Shown: piece after piece, positions 51,754 to 64,000 of the stretch
How the letters are laid out: each line of letters begins with the position of its first letter
Position numbering within the stretch: position 1 is the stretch's first letter
Assembly: GCA_050273025.1 (NCBI GenBank)
Contig: CP158635.1
Span: 33,108,001 to 33,172,000 of the forward strand
Source of the DNA: Cenococcum geophilum
Lineage: Eukaryota
DNA: 64,000 bases
Reading direction: 5' to 3'
Program-made: the position numbers and the translations under genes
Notes under the pieces: model-generated
What the model saw: the letters and a program-made list of their open reading frames with translations, nothing else
What the model was told of the DNA's origin: nothing
Databases searched by the model: none

Positions 51754-54308
51754 TATTGCTTAACGCCTAATTTGGATCTCTGTTAGGTCTATATAAACTA
51801 CTCCTTATTTATATATAGGGAGAAAACTCTACTTAAGAAAACTCTGTAATCCATTTTTCTGCCTTTTAGGACTCGCCTATAGTGCTTTACTACCTTATTT
51901 TTTTTAACCTTTTTAGGAACTACTGCTGCTATAATAAGCCTATAGACGCGCTAGTATTATAAACTTTACTCTACTATTATAGAATTATTAGGGGGCGCCT
52001 ATTACTTACCCCTTTACCTTTTATTACTATTTTCCTTATAACCTAGAACTAGTTTAGTATATTTTAGCTAATAAGCCACTAGGTAACCGCCTTAAGACCT
52101 TTTTATATTAAGAGCAGTATATTATAGTTCTCTGTGCTAGCTACTAAAAGTATTACTTCTTAGTTAGTGTGTAAGGGGTATAATAGTATTACGTATTTTA
52201 GGCTATCTATTAGGATACCTACCTAATAAAGCTAGTCTTTTAGTCCTATTATTCCTATTTTTAAAAGTATTACTATTATATTTTCTGCCTTTATTTGGCC
52301 TTCTTAGAGCCCTTAAGTATTTACCCCTTATAGCGTTAACTATATTATAGCTTAGGTTGCTCTTACCTAAGTTAGCCTCTATACCTTTAACTCCTATATA
52401 CCTCTTTAGCATTAGTTTAACTAGTATTATATTATAGTAAATAGTTTTCTAGCATTCTTTTATACTCTACTTTAGCTCCTTTCTCTTTCTTATTATTATC
52501 TTTACTAGCCTCTTATACATTTCCCTTCTTTCTCTATATAGGCTTAGGCCCTAAAGTAATACTATTTTTTTTTTACTTTCTTTACCTACTTCTCTAATAT
52601 ATCTTCCCTATTTTAGGGTTATTAGTTTATTCTCCTATAGGGCACTCTAGGGTCCCTCTATAGTTTATTTAGGTATATCTTAATATACTTTATAATATTA
52701 AAGTTGCGTTTATTTTACGCCTTTTATATTATAGTAGCTTTAATATATAGTTATAGGGGGGAATATTAGCTTCCTTCTTAAGCAGTACTATAGCCATTTG
52801 CTTATACCTACCTGTTATACTTTAAAGGTAGGCTATTTAGACCTTTTAGAGTAGTTAGGTAGTTATATATTAGCTATAATATAGTAGAGTTTAATATGCC
52901 TATTTATTTAGGCCTCTACCCTAGTTTTCTAATAGCTTATTTCTACCTTTAGGTATTACTACCTTTTATAGTTAAGGCTAGGCCAAAACCTCTTCCGCCT
53001 AAGTAACTCCTATTTACTCCTTAAGTATATCTTACTAGTATACTACCCTAAAGGTAAATAGTTCTATCTATTAATATACCAATATATATATCTATTCTCT
53101 TAAGCTATATAGCAGTCTCTTTAGCTAGGACGTAATCCTATCTACCTACTAAGTGCATTAAGGGTTAGAGCCTAGCTAAGGGGTAAGGTCCTTAAAGCTA
53201 GCAGTAGCTACTATATACTACGCCCTATAGGAGGCTAGTAGTAATATAGAGGCGTAATACCCTATACTACTACCAGTTCCTATTTTACGTTGCCTATAAA
53301 AGTCTCCTTATAATAGGCCAACTGTGTTTTATAGGAGGGAGCTATAAAGGTAGGTCCCATGCTAGGCAACCTACTCCCCCCTCTTCTACTAACTAAGCTT
53401 ATATCCCCCCTTTTTATAAACTAGCCTATATCTCTAACTATTAAGTCCTTATCTAACTAGCCTATACCTCCCCTATAGCCTCCCTTATATATATATATTA
53501 GGTTATATACACTATACCTATTAAGACCCTTTTATAAGTCGCCTTATATATATACATATTAGGTTATATATACCACGCCTATTAAGACCCTCCTATAAGT
53601 TAACTATAGGTTAACTATAAGTTAAATGCCATAGGGCTGTTAAAGCTGGCCTATGTTTCCGCTGCCTAGAGCTTTACCTATATTTCTACCTTATTAAGCC
53701 GTCTAGTTACCATTGCATTGCCATTATATCGCTATTACTGTTAACTAGGTTGCGCGTACTATGCCTATTAAGACCCTCTTCTAAGTTACCTAAATATACT
53801 AAATACTAGATAAGCTCTTATAGAGGGGCCTTAATAAGTTTTATATAAAGTATCTGCAATATATTAACTTTAACAAGTTCTTATAAAAGGAGGATCCCTA
53901 CACCCTTATTACGCTTACTTTATAATTTTAAAGCTAGTGCAAGCCTAAGGGTGTCCTATTATACGCCTAAAATATATTTATATTAACTAGCTAAATAAAG
54001 CCAGTTTTAGGCCTAGCTGTAAGCTAGGTAGTTATATATTAGGCGGTTTTTATATCCTAGTTTCCTTTAATAGGTTTTTTAAATAGTAAAATAAGAGCTT
54101 TAAGCGAAGGCAGTAAGGCTCCTAGTATTATTAAAGGCGATACTTTATACGCGTCGCGGGCTTATTACTACAGAGTCAAATAACAGCGCTATACGCGCTG
54201 CAACGGCTCTCTACCATCGCCTTTATACTTAGCTATTAAGAGAAATAGGATTCCAGATAATGTTTCCACCTACAGTAACGTGGATATCTGTAGTAAGGCT
54301 TTGCGGGC
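51723..54308 (-). mobile_element. 2.6 kb non-autonomous non-LTR retroposon with ribozyme-like head, antisense ORF remnant and (AAT)n tail
   Basis: 10 bp TSD AAGTATATAT (51713-51722 and 54309-54318); (ATT)n at ~51721-51755; no RT motifs seen; partial second copy at 57863-59052. Confidence 0.78.
54219..54308 (-). ncRNA. Putative HDV-like self-cleaving ribozyme (RIP-damaged)
   Basis: P1 GCCCGCA/TGTAGGT (G1-U wobble, two RIP changes), L3 TCCACGT, GG for P1.1, P4 CATTA/TAATA, J4/2 GCTAA, P2 GCCTTACTAC/GTATAAAGGC (8 of 10); P2-P3 junction imperfect; G1 is the first base inside the TSD. Confidence 0.6.
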
Positions 54309-54376
54309 AAGTATATATATATTCTAAATACTTTATTAAAGTATTTAATAGTTATAGATTTTATTCTAAGGCAATA

Positions 54377-54804
54377 CCCGGCGCTTTTAATCCCCCTCCG
54401 TAGAAGGGGGGCCGCTACCTTAAACGCACCATATGCTTAAGCGCACTAAATAGTATATTATTAAATTATCAACTATTCTTCTTAAACTTTAATGTCTTAA
54501 TTCCTAAGGCCTTATTAGCCTACCTTATTACTAGCACCTAATCGCTCTATCTTTAACTATTAGCCATTTAATCAACTTTAAGTGTGCGATGGCCTCGCGT
54601 TATAATTAAATACTATAACTTGTATAAATATGCAAAAACCAGCTCAGTATATGCGCATTATATTCTAGATATTAGCCTCTTTCTTTATATAGTAGGAAAG
54701 TATAGTTATGGCTAATAATAATAGAATTACAAGTAATGTAAAGTGTTGGTATACTTAAGTATATAGTGCGTTTAAGGTTATGGAGGGGGGTTAAAAGCGC
54801 CGGG
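54377..54804. mobile_element. 428 bp Tc1/mariner-type MITE
   Basis: TIR CCCGGCGCTTTTAAYCCCCCTCC, TA TSD. Confidence 0.85.
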
Positions 54805-57800
54805 TAGGCAATTGCTTAGTTTACTATATTAAGGTACTTTTAATTTAGATTAGTAAGGAATTTAGCTAGTTTAAAATGCGTTTTAGTAATATTAGGTCTT
54901 TTAAATATAGTAAGATATATAAGCAAACTAACCTATTACTAGTAGGCTAGAGTTCTTTAAAGATTTATCTGTTAATTAAATAGAATTAGTTTAGTAGGTA
55001 GTAATATTTTAGGAAACCTTTCTAACTAAATATTAAATTAACTAGCTATCTTTTTAATATAGGAGTCTTAGTAAAGCCAGATCTTTTAATTTGATTAATC
55101 TTATTTAATTTAAATTCCTAGGAACTATTATAAGTCTCCTAGTATACGGATCTTGTATTAGTATAGCAGTTTTACTTTAAATTCTTTAAGTTTTAAAAAG
55201 TCCTTCTTAGTAAATAAAATGGCAATATTATCTATATAGAAGAAGATAATAAGTTACCTATTAGTAAATAGGCAGTTAGTGCCTAGAATAGGCTTTAATC
55301 CAAATTTGGCTAGTACTAGTAAGCTCTTTATACTAAAGTAGTAGTAAGATTTTTAATATATATAGCGCTACAAGTAGCTCTAGGATATGTCTATTTTAAT
55401 TAAATCCTTCTAAATAGTAGCAGTAAACTAGTTTACTAAGCTTAGCGTTTATAAATGCGTTTATAGCGTTATACTATTAAATTTCTAGGTTAAATGCGGC
55501 TGCTATAGCTATAAGGGCACGGAATATTTAAGTAGCTATAGTTACTGCATAGGTCTTTTCTTTAGTAATCTATAGGTCTCTATAGATATATAGTTAAGCT
55601 TTTAGCTTTTAAAGGTAACTATTACTATTAAGCTTGTATTTAAAGACCCATTTTAGTAAAAAGATCTACTTATTATTGCTTCTTCTTTTAGTACAATTTT
55701 AAATATCCCTTAGTATTTTAGGTTGTTATTTTTTTTCTATAGCCTTTTAAAAGCTAATAATTAAAAGATGCTTTTTTAGTTTTTTAAGATTCTTTAGTTT
55801 AAAAAAATTGTTCTAATATAGAGATAAGGATCTAGTTTAGTTAATATCCTTTACTAGTCCTATAGCAAATCCAGTATAGTAACTAAATAGGGTAGATAGA
55901 TTGGCTAGTGCTATTATATATACTTAGCGTTAAATTTATTTAGATCCTTTTAGTAAAATAAGGTTAGTAAAAAGTTTAGCTAAAATATTATTGGCTTATA
56001 GAGCTATATTAGTTGCTCTATTAAATAGTTCTAGAGAGCTTAGCCAGGTAGAGATTTCTTTAATTATATCTATAATATCGTTTTAAAGTCTTTATAGTAA
56101 GGTATTTAATTCTATTAAATCTAGAGATACTATTCTACTAGGAGTTAGTAACTATTTAATATCCTTTATATAAGGCCTTACTAAATTATTTAATTTAGGG
56201 GTAGTTATTTAATCTGTACCTAAGGTAGATCTTTAAGGGTCCAGATTAACTATATATAAGATTAATTTATCCTTAAATTCGTTTTTAAGAGGTTTTAGTA
56301 AACTAATCTCCTATATAGTGTCTTTTAATTATCCCTTAATAGGTAGTTAATATTTTAACCCTTAAAGTTATAAAACAAGGTCTTATTAAATATAACGTTT
56401 TTAGTTTAAATAACTTTATAAAGGCTTAAAATCCAAATATAGTAAATATTAGTTAAATTATAGCTAACTAGATATCCAATTAATGCACAAGGATCTAGCT
56501 TATCTCCCTCCTTAACTTATTTATTTAGTATATAGGTAAGTAATAGCGGCTTGCTATAGGCGATTTTGTATAGAGTTTTCTATCCTAGTTACTTATTTAA
56601 GGTTTAATTAAGTATATAGCTAGTAGTAAGAAAAGCTTTTAAATCTAGAGATAGGGGTAAGGATGCTTCTAACTGCATAGCCTTTAATTGTTTTATAAGG
56701 GTTTATCCAGATTATTTAGCTTTATTATTTTGTTCTTTAGTATATAGTGCTTAATATTTAAAAGTAATACCTTTATCTGCGCACTATGTCTATAGGGTAT
56801 CTCTTATCTATTTAAAAGCTTATTTATTATCGCTTTAAAAGAAGATAATATTTTAATAAAATTGTATTTTAATTAAAAAGTGAGTCTTTTAAATAGTAGG
56901 TAGGATAGTAGCTTTGTCTTTATTCTTAGAAGTAAATATAAATTTTTATTTAAAATACGTGCAATAGAACTATATAATATATCTATTGCCATTATATCCT
57001 AGTTCTCTAAGGTTAATAATATTAAATGCTAGCCATTTAAATAGTTAACTAGCTAGATATTTATATTCTTGTCTTTAAGATATCTACTATATATACTTTG
57101 CTAATAAGTAAATTTTATATTTAATCTTAAGCAGTACTTGTTTATTGGTTAGTTCTACACTATTAATATACTTAGAAAGCTGCTTAATAGCATTAGGTCC
57201 TATATAGCTAAGTATTTTCTACTATTTAGTAGCTATAGCTCCAACTAGTTTATAGGCTATTTAGCTTAGTTTAAATCTTCCTATTAAAAAGGTTAATTAA
57301 TTAGTTAAATCTAGGATATTTATAGCTATAGGCTCTCTGTATATTAGTGCCTAGCGGCCCCCTAGTTGTTTTATATAGTATATTATTTTACTAGCTACTA
57401 AATAGTATAGTAAGTTTTATTCTAAGTTAAAATAGATATAATTATTAGTAGCTCTTAAGAGTGCTATAATATTTATAAATATAGTAGGTACTAATGCTAT
57501 ATAGGATAGCTTTATTTTAAAGCTCTTAATAGATATACTAATAGTAATAGTTACTATTCTATAAGCTTAATTTTTTTTAAATTTCTACTAGTAATTAGGT
57601 AGTTATCTTCTACTACTAGGTATAAAAAGGTAAAGTCTTCTTTATTATTGTAAATATAGGTATTTATACTAGGGTTAAGTATTAAAGTATTCTGGAGTTT
57701 AAATAGAATTTAACTAGTACTAAATATAGTAGTATAGCCGGTTAGGGTTATAGAAGGCAGAGTTTTAGAATTAAAATTAATTATAGATTCTATGTTTTTC

Positions 57801-57862
57801 TAATTATTCTTCTTTACTTCTTATTTTCTTTTTTAGATTTAGTTAATAATATATTTAATCTA

Positions 57863-59052
57863 TATTAGAGAAACTAAGAAAGTCCTCCCTAAATTACTCC
57901 TTAAACCACTCTAAAAGGTCTAAACAGCCTACCTCTAAAGTATAATAGGCGGGTATAAGCAAATGGCTATAGTACTGCTTAAGAAGGAAGCCAATATTCC
58001 CCCCCTATAACTATATATTAAAGCCACTATAATATAAAGGGCGTAAAATAAATATAACTTTAATGTTATAAAGTATATTAAGACACGCCTAAATAAACTA
58101 TAGAGGGACCCTAGGGTGCCCTATAGGAGGATAAACTAATAACCCTAAAGTAGGGAAGATATATTAGAGAAGTAGAAAAATAATAGTACTACTTTAGGGC
58201 TTAGGCCTATATAGAGAAGGAAGGGAGATACATAAGAGGCTAGTAAAGATAATAGTAAGAAAGAGAAAGGAGCTAAAGTAGAGTATAAAAGAATACTAAA
58301 AAACTATCTACTATAATATAATACTGGTTAAACTAATACTAAAGAGGTATATAGGAGTTAAAGGTATAGAGGCTAACTTAGGTAAAAGGAACCTAAGCTA
58401 TAGTATAGTTAATGCTATAAGGGGTAAATACTTAAGGGCTCTAAGAAGGCCTAATAAAGGTAGAAAATATAATAGTAATACTTTTAAGAATAGGAATAAT
58501 AGGACTAAAAGACTAGCTCTACTAGGTAGGTATCTTAGTAGGTAGCCTAAAATAAACACTAAAATATATAATAATACTATATCCCTTACGCACTAATTAA
58601 GAAGTAATATTTTTAATAGCTAGTATAAAGAACTATAATATACTACTCTTAATATAAAAAAGTTTTAAGGTAGTTACCTAGTAGCTTATTAACTAAAATA
58701 TACTAAACTAGTTTTAGGTTATAAGGGAAATAGTAATAAAAGGCAAAGGGGCAAGCAATAGGCGCCCCCTAATAACTCTATAATAGTAAAATAAAGTTTA
58801 TAATACTAGCGCGTTTATAGGCTTATTATAGCAGTAGTAGTTTTTAAAGATATTAAAAGGTAAGGTAGTAAAGCACTATAGGCGACTTATAGGCACCTTA
58901 TAGGCTCTAAGTAGGTAAGTCCTAAAAGGCAAGGAGATAGATTATAGGGTTTTCTTAAGTAGAGTTTTCTCCCTATATATAAATAAGGAGTAGTCCGTAT
59001 AGGCCCAATAGGGATCTAAATTAAACGTTAAGTAATAGATAATAATAATAAT
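57863..59052 (+). mobile_element. 5'-truncated copy of the 2.6 kb retroposon
   Basis: Reverse complement of ~51750-52930; (AAT)n tail; 12 bp TSD ATATTTAATCTA. Confidence 0.82.
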
Positions 59053-59372
59053 ATATTTAATCTAAGGTATAAACAAGATCTTTTTATTTACTTTCTTCTA
59101 AATATTAAGGTTTAGTTTTTATCCTTAAGGGCGCTTTTATAGAGTAAAGAAGCTTAAAACACTATAAAGGTAGTAAAAGTAGTGGCTTCTTAATAGATTA
59201 ATTTAAATAGTATAATAGGTAGTATAAGCTAAACTTATAACTATAAGCTTTATAATATAAGAGAATTAAATAAATAACTTAATTATAAATATAGCTTTAG
59301 AGCCTCTCTATATATATAAAAAAGGTACTAGTAATAAGATAAAGGGGGATACTAATATATAACTAAAGCGGC

Positions 59373-59780
59373 GTAATATATAAGTAATATATAGGTAATA
59401 CGTAGTTAATATATAAGTAATACGTAAGTAATACGTAGTTAATATATAGGTAATACGCAGTTAATACATAGGCGATATATAGGCAATATATAGGCAATAT
59501 ATAGGCGATATGTAGGCGATATATAGGCGATATGTAGGCGATATGTAGGCGATATATAGGCGATACGTAGGCGATATGTAGGCGATACGTAGGCGATACG
59601 TAGGCGATACGTCGGCGATACGTCGGCGATATGTAGGCGATACGTAGGCGATACGTAGGCGATACGTAGGCGATACGTAGGCGATATATAGGCGATATGT
59701 AGGCAATACGTAGGCAATACGTAGGCGATATATAGGCGATATATAAATAATATATAGGCGATATATAGGTAATATATAGG
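59373..59780 (+). repeat. 11 bp minisatellite (GGCGATACGTA, ~37 units) inside Copia 5' LTR
   Basis: Directly visible tandem array; ~5 units at the equivalent site 50948-51003. Confidence 0.95.
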
Positions 59781-61324
59781 TGTTTTAGTATAGTATTAGT
59801 AGTTAGTTATAAGGTATCTAGTAGATAAGTAACTAATAGTTACTATAATAAGGTCTTAGTAGTTCTAAACTATACTAGCTAGCTAATATCTCTATTTATT
59901 CTAGGCTTAAATATATTTTTATTAACTATAAGCTAATATCCTAAAAGCTTTATTAGTATTAGTTTGGACCTAATATTAGTATTAAGTATTTAAAAATCTC
60001 TACTCACCTTATTATTCTACCCCTATTTTTATACCTACTTATATACCTATAAAGGGATTTTATTCCTATTAGCTATCCCTTAAAGGGCTAATAAATACTA
60101 ACCCTGCTCCTAAGGATAAGGCATAATAGCTCTTTAGATTAAGTATTTAGGATTTATTCTTATATATAGTAGCAATTAAGGACCGTAATTAAATGCCTAG
60201 AAAGGCTTTAAAAGGTTTTTAAAAATGGCTTAGAAGCCTTAAAAATAATATTCCTAATATAGATTAATAAATAGGAATGCAATTCTAGCAAAATGCCCTA
60301 TTAATTCTATACTATATATATAAAAAGGCTAAGGACTTATCCTACCTTAGGCTATAGCCCTAATCCTTATAGTTTTTAGAGCCTATTTATTCTATATCCA
60401 ATTTAACCTATTTACTCTTTAAGGCCTCTTACGGCCTACTATAGGTTTTCTTTATAGGTTGCAATAGCACTATAATATTAGAGCGCTTTCTATAATTTGT
60501 AGATTATAGACCTTAGTCTTAATATTCTTTTAGGATATTTTAACAGTAATTAAGGTAATTCTTTAGTTTCTATATAGAGTCCTTAATAGACTAGCCTAGC
60601 TATTTAACTTTATATTAAAGCTTATTTTTAACAGACTTATAGTATAGTATGGCTTTAACCTTAAACCGCTTACCTACTACTTTAGGGTGTTTAATTAGGC
60701 CTAGATGGAAGTTCTTTTCTAATAATAGTCTATTTAGCGTAGTATTAGTACCTTTCTAAAAAGCTTTAATTTAATTTAGTAATAGGCCTATATTAAGGCT
60801 TTAGTTTAGTTTAATTAATCTAGTATTCGCTAGCTAGTTATTTAAACAGTTATTTAATGCCTTCCTTATATTACCTAGTATCCTTATTTTTTTACTATTA
60901 ATATATTTAAGCTAGCTTATACATCTAGCTTTTACTAGCTTTATACTTTAGTATTTTATACTAACTCCGTGCTCTTTTAGCTTTATACTCTAAAATCTCA
61001 CTCTAGCTCTATGCCTAGGTTATTACACTAGCTAGGCTCTTACTTAGACGCTATATAAAGTTATTACGCTATAGTAAATAGGTTAATTTTATTAAATGGT
61101 TGTGTATCTAGGTTAAAGGAGGCTAGGTTTATATAGTTGGGTTTAGTTTAATTAATATTTAATATAATTAATACTTAATTATTTATTCATTTAATAAATA
61201 AAGGTAATTATAAGTATAAGAGCGGTACTTAAAAGAAGCTCAAAACACTATAAAGGTGGTAAAAGTAGTGACTTCTTAAATAAGGTAGATTAATTGCTTA
61301 ATAGATAGTGCAATAGGTAGTACA

Positions 61325-64000
61325 TATAACGGCGCTGCGGCACACCACCTGCTAAATTCTGCCATATTCTGCCAACCTGCGATTAGCTCACCTACTGCTA
61401 GCGCCTTAGCGGCTGCCCCTATATATTTGTTTATATCGGTCCTAGTAACCCCTTTTCCTTTTTTTTTAGCTTAGTATCTTTGTAATACAGCATTCTATAA
61501 GCTTCAGTTTAGAGGCATTTATACAAGCCGTAATATTATATTAAGCTCACCCTATACTACCTGGGAAGGCCTTAATAATATCCTACCCCAAAAGAAACTT
61601 CGTCTACAACGATACGTTAACGTACTATACTTAGATACTAAAACAACTCTATACTACCTAGAAAGGCCTTTATATTATCCCACTCTATTAGCTAGATAGG
61701 ACTAGACCTATACCCCTAGAATTAAAACTAAAGTATATAATATTAACAAACCCTAGGAAGCTAATAATAGCACCTAAAGCAAGCTTATCTAAGAGAGCTA
61801 CCTCTACCTAAGAGGAACTAGAGATCTAATTAAGATCCGAAATTAAAGATAATAATAATATTATAGACGTACACAAATAGATTCGTGCCCTGACGGCTAA
61901 TTAGGAAGCTGACTATCTTTAAGCTTAAAGTATATAGGAGACCCTATAAGAGATCCTAGATAGCCTTACAGCCCTATAAAGTAGCTTAGCTCCCCCTTTT
62001 AGAAGTCCTAGTTATTTTATTTACTTAACTAAATATAATACACTAGAGAGTACGGATATAATAATAAAGCAATTAAAGTCCGTTAAGCTCCCTAACCCCT
62101 AACTACTATCTAATAGGATAGACCCTACCTTTAAAAATTAGAGGATTTAAGTACAAGGAAAGCTCCGCGTTAACTATAACTATTTCCTTTTTAAAAAAGC
62201 TAAAATACTCTACCTCTTTGGTTAAACTATAGGGGACGCCCAACGGCACCTTTAAGCCAAGTTTAAGGATAATTCCCCTATCCAATTTATATCCGTTAAT
62301 AAGATGCTATAGTACCTAGCTACTATTTACGTTAACCTAAATAAAGTACGGGATGCCTGGTATAACTATAATCGCCTAATAATAAAACTAAACTAACCCT
62401 TTACTAAATTCTAGACTTAATTCCTATACCTTATAGGAGAAAGCCAAGTCCCCCTTAAAAATTACCGATTAGACCTATATAATAAACTAATAATTAGGCT
62501 ATAAGAGAAGATTATAGTGACCTTAAATAATCTGCCAAACTATAAAAGACTCGCGGCTTATTACCTATTATTAGATTTAGAACTAAAGCGAATTAACGCT
62601 CGCTCTAATTAGTAGAAGCGACCCTAGAACCCGTTAACTATACCTATAGAAACTAGAGTAGGAAGATAAGCTACTATAATCCCTGCTCTAAAAGCGGTTA
62701 CCACTATATATCTATAAGCCTCGCCTAACCTACTGCGTACTACGCCCTTAACTAGTACTCGTTATAATACTCCAATTAACCCTGCCTTGGCTACGTACTA
62801 TAACTACAATAAGGAGGGTTACTTTACCTTATCTTACCTAGAGCTAAAGGATATAAGCGATATTAAGGAGATAGAGGAAGGAGAAACGTCTAATAAGTCG
62901 GGAAAAGAAGAACTCTAGGGAAAGACTCCCCCCTAGGGTACCCTATCGATCTTAAAGAGATTAATCTTAGTTAGTTAATAGGTGGAAAGCATTTTATAGT
63001 TCTATATATAGTATCTTAAAATAGATATAGAGTTAATATAACCGCCCTTATTAATACTAGAGCAAATAGCTTCGCCTTTATAAATACTGCCTATATAAAT
63101 AATGTTGCCAAGTTTCTAAATACAGAAGCTATCTAACTAGAGAAGCCTGTTTAGGTAAAAGGCTATAACGGCTAAGCCGGTTAGCTAGTTACCTATATTT
63201 TAAAGTTATATATTGCTTATAACTAACAACGCTAATATAGTATCCCTTTTTGTATCCTAGACCTAGGGTCCTATAATATAATCCTTAGACAAAAATAGAT
63301 GTCCTATTTTAATATTTGGTTAAACGTATAATAAAGACAGTTTATCTAGCTAGAGGATAGACTAAAGTTACCCTCCTTTATTAAGGAAATCCAAACTAAC
63401 CGTAAGATACTAGCTATAAGGGCTAACCCTACCTACTAGTAGGATATCCGAGCCCGGAATCTAGCCTTTACCTAAGAAAACGCCTACCGCAAAGCTAGAA
63501 AAAACTTTATATTAATAAAGATACTTTCCCAAAACGCTATATTTAAAGAAGACTCTACATATAGAAGTAGGATAGATAGCGACGTAGATGACGTCCTAAT
63601 CGCGCAAGTCTAACTAGTATAAAAAAGAACGCATTAATAGGATATAAGGGATGACCTCTAAAAGATATAACAGGAGCTAAAAGGAGTAGCGATAACGCCA
63701 GTACCCTAGAAGTCCCTAAAGTTACGTACGCCCCTATTATTATATAAACCCCCCACCGTAGATATTGCCATAATTAGCGCTATAGCGTTTCACTTTAATA
63801 TATACCGGAAGGATAATAAGGTCTTTATAATGAGCCTATATAAGATTAACCAAATTATTAATAATAGGGAGGAAGAGCTAGCTAAGGAAACTAACGAGGA
63901 ACTAGTTAAACGCCTTCTTCCTATTATCTATATAAATTATAAGAATGCATTCTTAAAGGCGGCTTTAGATAAGTTACCCCCTTACCAGATATATAATTAT
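61325..64000 (+). mobile_element. 5' part of Ty3/Gypsy element D (5' LTR ~61325-61535, gag, protease), related to family B; runs off window
   Basis: gag KLRVNYNYF...LYLFG, zinc-knuckle remnant ~62800-62840, protease ALINTRANSFAF ~63045, KLPPYQIYNY at window end. Confidence 0.88.

Larger units (their letters stand above)
50813..59811 (-). mobile_element. Ty1/Copia element, RIP-inactivated, gag largely absent, several insertions
   Basis: LTRs 59242-59811 and 50813-51034, TSD AGGTA, PPT next to 51034; RT LKWVFKYKL...IFRALIAIAAAFNLEI...NAFINAK (~55440-55660); protease-integrase-RT-RNase H order. Confidence 0.92.

Noticed and set aside
40815..52412. Short L/I/Y-rich ORFs (40815, 42265, 49900, 52203; also 16177, 17020)
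   Set aside because: Chance frames in RIP-mutated TE sequence
59439..59717. SPTY-repeat ORFs
   Set aside because: Artefact of the 11 bp minisatellite

Overview
Filamentous-ascomycete DNA, about 95% a nest of transposable elements degraded by repeat-induced point mutation (RIP: pervasive C>T/G>A changes, TpA excess, TAA/TAG stops in all TE frames). Reading target-site duplications (TSDs) by eye resolves about 25 insertions: Ty3/Gypsy chromoviruses, one Copia, two TRIM copies, solo LTRs, Fot1/pogo, Tc1, hAT, Mutator-like and MITE elements, nested up to five deep. Two things stand out. (1) Four TSD-flanked, RT-less retroposons share a conserved 3' stem-loop and tail. The two full-length copies (22600-23432 and 51723-54308) begin exactly at the G1 of a putative HDV-like ribozyme fold, and the longer one carries an antisense Pro/Ser-rich ORF. 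(2) A ~3 kb RIP-free island holds a convergent gene pair: an MGCGNSK-type lipid-anchored protein and a two-exon stand-alone HeLo-like/helical-bundle protein, a candidate cell-death, allorecognition or drive module. All family assignments come from manual motif reading; no searches or folding programs were run.
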